Positions 18,246 through 26,003 of a stretch of 64,000 nucleotides of DNA are shown one piece after another. Numbering within the stretch: the stretch's first letter is position 1; the number at the start of each line of letters is the position of its first letter. The notes beneath the pieces are model-generated. The model saw only the letters and a list, made by a program, of their open reading frames with translations. It did not search any database and was not told the DNA's origin. The stretch is from a virus, in the UHGV virus genome UHGV-0021788; one strand, 5' to 3'. A program made the position numbers and the translations under genes.

Positions 18246-19160
18246 ATGGGAAGAAAGAAAACACATGAGGAATTTATGAAAGAGTTTTATGAAAAAAATC
18301 CTAATGCTAAAAATATAGAAATATTAGGAAAATATGAAGGTAGAAAAGTAAAAATTTTATGTATGTGTAAAATAGATAACTATAAATGGCATACAACTCC
18401 TAATGGATTATTGGGAAGTAAAAATATTAAACCAAATGGATGTCCGAAATGTGCTGGAAAAATAAAAAAAACACATAAACAATTTATAGAAGAAATGAAT
18501 GAAATAAATCCAAATATTAAAATATTGGGGCGTTACATAGATGCTAAAACTAAGATAGAATGTGAATGTAAAATAGATGGATATAAATGGGAAGTTGAAC
18601 CAACTAATTTGCTACAGAAAAGAGGATGTCCAAAATGTGCTAATAAAATACCTAGAGAACATGATGATTTTGTTAAAGAATTAAATAACATCAATCCTAA
18701 TATAAAAATAATAGGTAAATTTATATCTACTAGAACTAAAATAGAATGTGAATGTAAAATAGATGGATATAAATGGGAAGCTGAGCCAAGACATCTTTTA
18801 GGAAATCATGGATGTCCAAAATGTAATGATTCTATTGGAGAAAAAATAACTTATAATATATTAAATAAATTAAATATAAAAAATATAAGACAATACAAAT
18901 TTAAAGATTGTAAATTTTATAAATGTCTTCCTTTTGATTTTTATTTGCCACAATATAATTGTTGTATTGAAATTGATGGTAAGCAACATGAGAATATAGT
19001 CAAATGGTTTGGTGGGTTAGATGGTTTTATAGATAGAAAAATTAGAGATACGGTTAAAGATATATATTGTAAGAATAATGGAATAAAATTAATTAGAATT
19101 ACATATAAAGATATAAATGAAATAGAAAAAATAATTTGTCAAGAACTTAATTTAAATTAA
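18246..19160 (+). CDS. Intron-encoded homing endonuclease: three tandem CxxC...CPKC zinc-ribbon modules plus a C-terminal Vsr-like/DUF559 PD-(D/E)XK nuclease domain (I-Bth0305I-like).
   Basis: Repeats 'CECKIDGYKWE..LL...GCPKC' x3. C-terminal 'FDFYLPQYNCCIEIDGKQHE...IRDTVKDIYCKNNGIKLIRI'. Confidence 0.6.
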   Translation: MGRKKTHEEFMKEFYEKNPNAKNIEILGKYEGRKVKILCMCKIDNYKWHTTPNGLLGSKNIKPNGCPKCAGKIKKTHKQFIEEMNEINPNIKILGRYIDAKTKIECECKIDGYKWEVEPTNLLQKRGCPKCANKIPREHDDFVKELNNINPNIKIIGKFISTRTKIECECKIDGYKWEAEPRHLLGNHGCPKCNDSIGEKITYNILNKLNIKNIRQYKFKDCKFYKCLPFDFYLPQYNCCIEIDGKQHENIVKWFGGLDGFIDRKIRDTVKDIYCKNNGIKLIRITYKDINEIEKIICQELNLN

Positions 19161-19486
19161 TTTAATATGAATAAACTTCAACGACTAAGTATCCTAGTAG
19201 TCTAGGTAGTGGAGGATACCCTTATTGGGTAATGATATAGTCTGCTCTCATGGGAAACCATGAGCAGTTTTTATGTAAAAAAACGGATAGAATAGTAACG
19301 ATATTCTATTGAACATAAGGTGTTGAGGAATCACAAGCTACTAATGTTTGTTTCCAAAATATAAGTGAATGGGAAAAAGGTACTGATTTTGATTTTCATT
19401 TAAATACAGGCGACATTTCGCAAAATGCAAACAGAAGTTTTGAGTGGAGATACCACTATAAATATGCAGATGACCTAATAAGAACT

Positions 19487-20161
19487 ATGTGTCATCAAAT
19501 AACTTGTGGGAATAATGACTTAATAGATAAGAAATATTCAGATGCATTTACATGGTACATGACACCAGAAGATTATTTCTTACCAGACCAAATAGATAGT
19601 GGTTCAGGTGTTATGGTTAATAATCCTAATAAATGTACTTTTAATTCATGTCATAGTTTTGACTTAGGATATGTACATTTTGTTTGTTTAAATAGTAATA
19701 AAGATTATTCTATGTTTAATGAAAATGAAGGTGAAAAAATAGATGATTGGATACAAAGAGAATGTGCATGGTTAGATGCAGATTTAACTAGAGATGAATC
19801 TAATGCTAAAACAAGATGGGTAATATGTTATATGCATTACGCACCTTTTACAGTATCTAGACCTGACTGGATACAAAGATTTGTTCCTGTATTTGAAAAA
19901 CATAGAGTACATTTAGTATTATGTGGTCACAACCATACAAACTCAAGAAGTATTGTAGTTAGAAGTGGTTATGATGGAGACCCAAATAAAGCAAGCTATG
20001 ACCCTAAAGGTCAAAAAACAGCTGAAGAAGAAACAGCTTTAGGACATGGTACTATAAATCATAATGAAGATTTAAAAAATGGTACTCTTTACCTAATGAT
20101 TAATGCAACTGGATTCAAGAATACAGGTAAAGAAAGTATACAAAATCCTTATCCTTGGTAA
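19487..20161 (+). CDS. Exon 2 of the metallophosphoesterase gene. The ORF-track ATG is internal; the exon probably begins ~19320.
   Basis: Frame open upstream to 19299 with no RBS. Upstream in-frame 'GVEESQATNVCFQNISEWEKGTDFDFHLNTGDISQNAN' (PAP GDxxY-like motif). 'ITCGNND' (GNH[DE]-like). 'LVLCGHNH' (GHxH motif). Confidence 0.55.
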   Translation: MCHQITCGNNDLIDKKYSDAFTWYMTPEDYFLPDQIDSGSGVMVNNPNKCTFNSCHSFDLGYVHFVCLNSNKDYSMFNENEGEKIDDWIQRECAWLDADLTRDESNAKTRWVICYMHYAPFTVSRPDWIQRFVPVFEKHRVHLVLCGHNHTNSRSIVVRSGYDGDPNKASYDPKGQKTAEEETALGHGTINHNEDLKNGTLYLMINATGFKNTGKESIQNPYPW

Positions 20162-20332
20162 AAAAATATTGCCACTTTACATAGTAATATGTAATGACAA
20201 ACTCATTGAATTGCTGGGACGACCTTAGAGCCTTAATGCCACAATATAAGAGAAATCATTATATGAAGGTTTAAAAAGTTTAAGGATTGGTTAATCAGCA
20301 GGTAAGATTCTAAATTAAATTATTTTAAATAC

Positions 20333-20361
20333 TTGACTTTTAATAAGATAAATTGTATAAT
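20333..20361 (+). promoter_or_regulatory. Duplicate of the intron HEG promoter (TTGACT-N17-TATAAT).
   Basis: ~184-bp block 20296-20479 is ~97% identical to 18157-18340 (promoter, RBS, first ~30 codons). Confidence 0.6.
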
Positions 20362-20375
20362 ATAAGTAGAGTGAG

Positions 20376-21299
20376 GTGATAAATATGGGTAAAAAGAAAA
20401 CACATGAGGAATTTATGAAAGAGTTTTATGAAAAAAATCCTAATGCTAAAAATATAGAAATATTAGGAAAATATGAAGGAAACAATAAACCTATTAAATG
20501 TCGTTGCAGAATAGATGAATACGAATGGTATCCAAGACCTTGTCATTTATTGGGAAATAAAAATGCTAAACCTACTGGTTGTCCTAAGTGTAGTGGAAAA
20601 GCAAAAAGAACAAATGAAGAGTTTATTAAGGAAATATATATAATAAACCCTAATATAGAAATACTTAGTGAATATAGTGGAGTTAGTAATTTAATAGATT
20701 GTCGTTGTAAAATAGATGATTATGAGTGGTCATCAATTGCTGATAATTTATTACATGGACATGGTTGTCCTAAATGTGGAGGACAAATAAAAAAGGAACA
20801 TGAAGAGTTTGTAAAAGAAATGGAAGAAATAAATCCCAATATAGAAATACTTGGGGAATACAATGGAGTTCATGAATATATTTTATGTGGATGTAAAATA
20901 TGTAATCATGAATGGACAACTCGTCCTCATGAATTATTAAATGAATACGGATGTCCTTCTTGTAATATATCTCGAGGAGAATTTAAAATAAAAACTTTAT
21001 TAGAAAAATATCAAAAACAATATAAATATCAATATAAATTTAAAGATTGTAAATTTTATAATGAATTACCTTTTGATTTTTATTTACCTGATTATAATAT
21101 TGCAATAGAATATGATGGAGAACAGCATTATAAAATAATTAAACAATTTGGTGGAATAAATAGATTAATAGATAGTAAAATAAGGGATACTGTTAAAACT
21201 GAATATTGTAAAAATAATAACATAAAACTTATAAGAATACCTTATTGGAATTATAAAGATATAGAAAATATACTTATAAAAGAACTTAATTTAAAATAA
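20376..21299 (+). CDS. Intron-encoded homing endonuclease, paralogue of 18246..19160 (Zn-ribbon repeats + Vsr-like/DUF559 domain). The real start is probably ATG 20385.
   Basis: 'ELPFDFYLPDYNIAIEYDGEQHYK...IRDTVKTEYCKNNNIKLIRIPY'. N-terminal 30 aa identical to HEG 18246. Confidence 0.6.
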   Translation: MINMGKKKTHEEFMKEFYEKNPNAKNIEILGKYEGNNKPIKCRCRIDEYEWYPRPCHLLGNKNAKPTGCPKCSGKAKRTNEEFIKEIYIINPNIEILSEYSGVSNLIDCRCKIDDYEWSSIADNLLHGHGCPKCGGQIKKEHEEFVKEMEEINPNIEILGEYNGVHEYILCGCKICNHEWTTRPHELLNEYGCPSCNISRGEFKIKTLLEKYQKQYKYQYKFKDCKFYNELPFDFYLPDYNIAIEYDGEQHYKIIKQFGGINRLIDSKIRDTVKTEYCKNNNIKLIRIPYWNYKDIENILIKELNLK

Positions 21300-21477
21300 T
21301 TTAACATGAATAAACTTCAACGACTATCCTGTAATGGAGTAGGGTTCAAGCGAACTCGAAGTAGTGAGCATCTTAATAAAGATGAAGATATAGTCTAGTC
21401 TCATGGGAAACCATGAGCAGTTTTTGTGCGTAAAAACAAAACGGGTTAGGTGTAGCGAACCTAATTGAATATAACGG

Positions 21478-21691
21478 GTATGGATTAAGAACTTCACATC
21501 CAACACAACCAACTTATGCAACATTAACTATAGGTTGGGATAAGATAGAATATAAATGCTATAAGATAATGAACACATTAAGTAAAGATAGAAACGGAAA
21601 TACAATAGTAGTGCCTTATGGTAGTCAAACTAAAGAATTGTATGATAGTTGTACTCTTAATTGGAGAGCAAAAGGTCAAACACTAATATAG
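21478..21691 (+). CDS. Exon 3 (C-terminal ~70 aa) of the metallophosphoesterase gene.
   Basis: Frame open after TAA ~21446. 'NGYGLRTSHPTQPTYATLTIGWDKIEYKCYKI...NWRAKGQTLI*' resembles the PAP C-terminal beta-strand region. Stop TAG 21689-21691. Confidence 0.45.
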
Positions 21692-21704
21692 GTGGTGATA
21701 GTTT

Positions 21705-24380
21705 ATGCCTAATAGAATTTGGAGTGAAGAAAAAAAAGATTGGATAATAGTCGATGAAACAAATTTAGCTACAAATATAGAAGTAATGGATATCAAAGAG
21801 TACTATCATAAAAAGAAAACAGAAGAAGAAACAAAAGATGATGAATTTTTAAGTGTTGAAAAATGCTTAGAACAAATAGGGGATAAAATAAATAATGGTG
21901 ATATAGGTGCTATAGGTGAAATAAAAGATAAAGTACAAGATTTGGATGACAGAGTAACCTATATTGAAGAAAACGGTGGTGGTGGAGGAGGTGGCTCTTC
22001 CATGCCTACCGTTAAACTTCTTAGTGATAGTTATTATGCTATACCAACCGATGGAGAATTAAATATTTATTATAACTTTACTTCTCCAAATATAGGATTT
22101 GGTACAGCATTTATAAGTTTAGACTATGGAACAGCTGAACAGTTATCAGTTGCACAAGGTCGTAATTTTTATACTGTAAAAAACTTAGAAAAAGGTGAAC
22201 ATAGACTAGATATATATGTAACTGATATAACAGGTTTATTCTCGAATACAGTTACAGTAACAATAGTTGTTGGTGGACTTGAATTAACTTCTAATTTTGA
22301 CGATAGTACGGATTTATCCTTAGAGGATTATATTAGAATAAGATATGTTATCTCAACAATATCTTCTAAGCCAATTGAAGTGTCTATTGAAATAGATGGT
22401 AAACTAACAAAAGCAGAAGGTATAATTGGTCAAAATATATTGGAAGTTGGACAGTTTAGTTCATTAGGGGTTCATACAGTTAAAATATCAGCCGTCAGTG
22501 GTGATTTAGTATCAAACCAATTAGTATTTAATTTAGTTGTAGCCGATTCAGAAAATCTTTATGTATCTACTACTTTTCCTGATAATTATACTATACAAGT
22601 AGGTAAAAACCTACAAATTGATTATAGAAATAGTATGGTAAATCAAAATAGATTTATTACTCATATGCTTATAAATGGTACTGAAGTAGATACGGTAACA
22701 TCTTATTCAGGATATAACTATTGGAACGTTGGGTCTAATTTAGAGATAGGTTTATATACTTTAACATTATATTCTACTACATCCGATGGTGCATATACAT
22801 CAAATTATTTAACATGGGTAATAGATGTTGTTTCAGAAGACTATGTTCCCTTTAAGGTTGTAACAGATGGGTTATTATGTAATTTTGATGCTAATGGTAA
22901 TCAACAAACATCTTCTAGTAGAAACATATGGAAAGACGATAGTGGAAACGACGTTAAATGTGAATTGTTTAATTTCAACTATTCTACAAATGGTTGGATA
23001 GATAACAGTTTAGTATTTAATGGTAAAACATATGCTAAAATAGATTTTTCTCCTTTTAGTGATAATATCAAAAATGGTATGACAATTGATATGTTATTTA
23101 AAGTAAAAAATGTTGGTGATATAGACGGAAAAGTATTATGGTGTAAAAATCCAATTACACCTTACCAAGGTTTTTATATAAATACTTATGAGGCAAATTG
23201 TCGTTCTGCCAACTCAAGAATAGTTAGTAACCAATTTCAAGATGACACATGGACTAGAATAACATGGGTTATTAATAGAGAAGATTTGACAATGATAGCT
23301 TATGTAAATGGTATCATAACGAAACCTGTATATATAACAGATACAGAAAACTTTAGAATGGAAAAAGATATTTATCTAGGTGTATCATTTGACGAAGTAG
23401 ATAACAATTTAGATAATGATGGTAATCCAATACCTCACTATGCATCTTGTTCTATAAAAACATTTAGAATATATGATAGAGCATTAACTGATGAAGAAAT
23501 ATTACAAAATCATATTGCCGATATAAAAGATAAAGAAAAACAATTGGAAATAAGAGAAAAGAACTATGGTGATAGTACAATGCCTATCATAAAATTTGAA
23601 GGTAATGTAGAAGGTATGGATGGTAGTATCTATAAATTATTAACAATAGATTATAATGACCCATTAGACCCATCTAAACGTTTTAGACAAGAACAATGTA
23701 GAGTAAAATGGCAAGGTACTTCTTCACTAGAATATCCAGTAAAAAACTATACAATAGAACTTAGAAGTGGTGGTAACGTTTGGGAATATGCTCCTAAAGA
23801 CAATTGGCTACCAGAAAAAAGATATACTTTGAAGGCTTCGTTTATGGATAGTTCTACATATAATAACGTTGGTTCTTCTAAATTAATTTATGATTACTTT
23901 AGAAAATCTAATATGTTTTATCCACAAGAAATTAAAAATCCTAAAACTAGAGCAGTAATAGATGGTTTCCCAGTTAGACTTTATATTAATGGGGAATCAA
24001 AAGGTATATATATGTTCAATATAGATAGATATGCTGAAAACAATTATGGATTTTCTGGGGAATCATCAATTGTATCTTATGAAATAGCTGTCAACTCTGA
24101 AAGTGGTGCTGGTGCTTTCGCATCAGATGCTTGGTCAAGTATACGTTCTGAATTTGAAATGAGATATCATTATGCTGGAGATGAAAGTGTTGTATGTGAA
24201 ACTGTTATGGAAAATGGTGTACCAACTACTGTTTTAAAAGCAGGTTTTCATTCAGAATTACAAAATTTAGTTTCATGGGTATTAAATTCTACTATAGAAG
24301 AGTTTAGAAGTGAATTAAAAGAACATTTTGAATTAAACTTTTTAATAGATTATTATCTATGGGTTCTATGTTTGGGTTAA
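21705..24380 (+). CDS. Exon 1 (891 codons) of a giant CotH-kinase-like / BspA-LRR tail protein. The ORF-track stop at 24378-80 lies in the intron; the exon probably ends at 24377.
   Basis: RBS GGTGGTGATAG. CotH-family region 'MPIIKFEGNVEG...KRYTLKASFMDSSTYNNVGSSKLIYDYF...GFPVRLYINGESKGIYMFNIDRYAENNYGF' ending '..NFLIDYYLWVLCLG'. Confidence 0.55.
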   Translation: MPNRIWSEEKKDWIIVDETNLATNIEVMDIKEYYHKKKTEEETKDDEFLSVEKCLEQIGDKINNGDIGAIGEIKDKVQDLDDRVTYIEENGGGGGGGSSMPTVKLLSDSYYAIPTDGELNIYYNFTSPNIGFGTAFISLDYGTAEQLSVAQGRNFYTVKNLEKGEHRLDIYVTDITGLFSNTVTVTIVVGGLELTSNFDDSTDLSLEDYIRIRYVISTISSKPIEVSIEIDGKLTKAEGIIGQNILEVGQFSSLGVHTVKISAVSGDLVSNQLVFNLVVADSENLYVSTTFPDNYTIQVGKNLQIDYRNSMVNQNRFITHMLINGTEVDTVTSYSGYNYWNVGSNLEIGLYTLTLYSTTSDGAYTSNYLTWVIDVVSEDYVPFKVVTDGLLCNFDANGNQQTSSSRNIWKDDSGNDVKCELFNFNYSTNGWIDNSLVFNGKTYAKIDFSPFSDNIKNGMTIDMLFKVKNVGDIDGKVLWCKNPITPYQGFYINTYEANCRSANSRIVSNQFQDDTWTRITWVINREDLTMIAYVNGIITKPVYITDTENFRMEKDIYLGVSFDEVDNNLDNDGNPIPHYASCSIKTFRIYDRALTDEEILQNHIADIKDKEKQLEIREKNYGDSTMPIIKFEGNVEGMDGSIYKLLTIDYNDPLDPSKRFRQEQCRVKWQGTSSLEYPVKNYTIELRSGGNVWEYAPKDNWLPEKRYTLKASFMDSSTYNNVGSSKLIYDYFRKSNMFYPQEIKNPKTRAVIDGFPVRLYINGESKGIYMFNIDRYAENNYGFSGESSIVSYEIAVNSESGAGAFASDAWSSIRSEFEMRYHYAGDESVVCETVMENGVPTTVLKAGFHSELQNLVSWVLNSTIEEFRSELKEHFELNFLIDYYLWVLCLG

Positions 24381-24469
24381 TACAATGGCTCAAGTAAAAC
24401 TTTCTCTGATTAATGGCGAACACCCTAGTAGAAAAGGGCAACGCTCAAGAAGATTTATTTAACAATATT

Positions 24470-24498
24470 TTGACTTTTAATAAAATAAGTAGTATAAT
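24470..24498 (+). promoter_or_regulatory. Sigma-A-type promoter TTGACT-N17-TATAAT for the GIY-YIG HEG.
   Basis: TTGACT 24470-75, TATAAT 24493-98, RBS AAAGGGGTGA, ATG 24520. Confidence 0.6.
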
Positions 24499-24519
24499 AT
24501 AAATGAAAGGGGTGATACT

Positions 24520-25230
24520 ATGAGTGAAAATAAATATTATGTTTATGAATGGATTAGATTAGACACAAATGAACCATTTTATGTAGGTAAAGGTTGTGGA
24601 GATAGATGGAGGAATTTATATAGGGATTACAATCCTCGTTTTATGAATATAATAAATAAAGTACCAGTAGCAGTATCAATATTAATAAATAATTTAACAG
24701 AAAAGGAATCTTTTGATTTTGAATGTTATTATATATGGTTATATAAAGATATTATAGGATATGATATATGCAATATAAATGAAGGTGGGGAAGGTCAAAG
24801 TTTATGTGGTGAAGCTAATGGTTTTTATGGTAAACATCATTCAGAAGAAACTAAAAAATTATTAAGTGAACAACATAAAGGCATGACTTATTCTCAAGAG
24901 ACAAAAAATAAATTGAGTGCTATGAGAAAAGGTGAAGGGAACGCTATGTGGGGACGTAGAGGAGAATTATCTCCGCATTGGGGTAAAAAATATTCAGAAG
25001 AAAGAAAAAATAATATTAGTAAAGCAATGGGTACTTCTGTAAAGTGTATTGAATTAAATATAGAATTTAATAGTCTTAATAAAGCAGAAAAATATATGAT
25101 TAAAGAATATGATATTAAATTTTCTCATAAAACTTTAAAAGCTACGATAGAAAAAAGAAGAAAAAAAGATTGGTATGGAGAAATAGAAATTAATGGAGAA
25201 TTAATTAAACTTCATTGGGAATATTGTTAA
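24520..25230 (+). CDS. GIY-YIG homing endonuclease with NUMOD3-like repeats (I-TevI-like), intron-encoded.
   Basis: 'KYYVYEWIRLDTNEPFYVGKGCGDRWRNLY' (GIY...YIG...R). Repeats 'GKHHSEETKKLLSEQHKGMTYSQETKNKLSAMRKGEGN'. Confidence 0.75.
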   Translation: MSENKYYVYEWIRLDTNEPFYVGKGCGDRWRNLYRDYNPRFMNIINKVPVAVSILINNLTEKESFDFECYYIWLYKDIIGYDICNINEGGEGQSLCGEANGFYGKHHSEETKKLLSEQHKGMTYSQETKNKLSAMRKGEGNAMWGRRGELSPHWGKKYSEERKNNISKAMGTSVKCIELNIEFNSLNKAEKYMIKEYDIKFSHKTLKATIEKRRKKDWYGEIEINGELIKLHWEYC

Positions 25231-25428
25231 ATAAAATCACTTGCAACGACTGAGTGAGAAAGGCTTAAAGATTAATTCTTTAAGTAAGCAACAGTCTGAA
25301 CTTGCGAATATAATTTCTACAAAAAACAAATCGCAGAAGAGGGGTCATCGGTAATCAGACCGATTAAAGAAGAACCCCTCTCGCCAACTTAGGTTGGTCA
25401 GTAGCCGAAAGGTGAAAGTAACAGAATG

Positions 25429-25446
25429 CTAGTAGACAACTTGGGT
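25429..25446 (+). CDS. Putative 18-nt micro-exon 2 of the CotH/LRR gene (LVDNLG).
   Basis: Sits between the 3' end of intron a (...ACAGAATG) and a second td-like 5' splice context 'CTTGGGT|TTAATGATTTTGGCTCAAG'. Keeps the reading frame. Confidence 0.4.
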
Positions 25447-25693
25447 TTAATGATTTTGGCTCAAGTATAAAATTCTCTCTGATTAATGGCGAACACCCTA
25501 GTAGAAAAGGGCAACGCTCAGGAAGATTTATAAAATCACCTGCAACGACTGAGTGAGAGAACACTTATTTAAGTGAAGCAACAGTCTGAACTGCAAATAT
25601 AATTTCTACAATAACAAATTGCAGAAGGAAGTTGAAGTGCTTCCTCGCCAACTCAAGTTGGTCAGTAACCGAAAGGTGAAAGTAACAGAATTG
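25447..25693 (+). mobile_element. ORF-less group I intron 'b' (247 nt). It is intron a without the HEG cassette.
   Basis: 5' region near-identical to 24381-24460 (IGS GCTCAAG, 'CTCTGATTAATGGCGAACACCCTAGTAGAAAAGGGCAACGCTCA'). R 'CTGCAACGACTGAG' 25530-43. S 'CAACAGTCTGAAC' 25577-89. 3' '..AGTAACAGAATTG'. Confidence 0.6.
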
Positions 25694-25786
25694 AAAAATA
25701 TGGTTTTAACAACTTTCGGTATGAATGCTGAAGGTAACGTAATTTGGTATCCATCCTTTGACATAGGAGGATGTAAAACTCTCTTT
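25694..25786 (+). CDS. Putative 93-nt exon 3 of the CotH/LRR gene (KNMVLTTFGMNAEGNVIWYPSFDIGGCKTLF).
   Basis: In-frame with exons 1/2 and 4. Contains a CotH-family 'N..L....G.W..IPWDLD..G'-like motif (NVIWYPSFDIGG). Confidence 0.45.
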
Positions 25787-26003
25787 AATTGACTTGGAAG
25801 TCCTGAAGAGGACGACAGGGGGCAAGTTTAAATACAGCCTGAACGACTAAACAAGAGAGCATTATCATATTGATAATGATGTGATAGTCTGAACTCTAGT
25901 AATAACTTGTTTTAATGAAACTAGAGAAGGAAATCCGAAGTGTTTTCCTCGCCATAAAATATTATGGTCAGTAGCTTAGGAATAAGTGAAAGTAACAGAA
26001 TGG
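25787..26003 (+). mobile_element. Compact ORF-less group I intron 'c' (217 nt).
   Basis: Begins 'TAATTGACTTGG' (cf. td 'UAAUUGAGG'). IGS 'GAAGAG' pairs with exon 'CUCUUU'. R 'CCTGAACGACTAAAC' 25836-50. S 'GTGATAGTCTGAAC' 25890-903. 3' end '..GTGAAAGTAACAGAATGG' as in introns a and b. Confidence 0.55.

Larger units (their letters stand above)
17987..19319 (+). mobile_element. Group I intron (IA2-like, T4 td-like) carrying homing-endonuclease gene 18246..19160 in the P6 loop. Splice sites approximate (±~50 nt at the 5' side).
   Basis: P element 'GAATTGCTGGTAAA' (18037-18050), Q 'AGCTCAGCAGG' (18154-18164), R 'CTTCAACGACTAAG' (19173-19186), S 'GATATAGTCT' (19233-19242), P9 GNRA hairpin 'CTCATGG-GAAA-CCATGAG', 3' end '...TTGAACATAAGG'. 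Confidence 0.7.
20161..21477 (+). mobile_element. Second group I intron in the phosphoesterase gene, paralogous to intron 17987..19319, carrying HEG 20376..21299. Splice sites approximate.
   Basis: P 'GAATTGCTGGGAC' (~20206), Q 'AATCAGCAGG' (~20293), R 'CTTCAACGACTAT' (~21312), S 'GAAGATATAGTCTAG' (~21391), P9 'CTCATGGGAAACCATGAG', 3' end '...AATTGAATATAACGGG'. Confidence 0.65.
24378..25428 (+). mobile_element. Group I intron 'a' in the CotH/LRR gene carrying a GIY-YIG homing endonuclease with its own promoter.
   Basis: 5' 'TTGGGT|TAATACAATGGCTCAAG' (T4 td-like; IGS GCUCAA pairs with exon UUGGGU with a terminal U.G). R 'GCAACGACTGAG' 25243-54. S 'CAACAGTCTGAAC' 25289-301. P9-type hairpins. 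3' end '..GGTGAAAGTAACAGAATG'. Confidence 0.7.

Noticed and set aside
19487-19489. ATG 19487 as the start of an independent 224-aa gene.
   Set aside because: There is no RBS, and the frame is open for 60 more codons upstream and contains the PAP GDxxY-like motif. It is an internal exon.
24381-24519. Plain intergenic/regulatory region between the CotH ORF stop and the GIY-YIG gene.
   Set aside because: It contains the td-like 5' splice junction, IGS and 5' intron elements duplicated at 25447-25530.
25231-26003. Three tandem ~190-nt near-repeats with short unique spacers could superficially suggest a CRISPR-like or satellite array.
   Set aside because: The repeats are 160-200 nt, imperfect and contain group I P7/P9 elements. 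The 'spacers' are coding micro-exons that keep one reading frame. There is no short palindromic DR or cas gene.
25986-26003. GTG start for ORF 25986..29396 (MKVTEWYD...).
   Set aside because: The sequence 'gtgaaagtaacagaatgg' is shared verbatim by the 3' ends of all three introns. The ORF has no RBS. The real exon most likely begins at ~26004.
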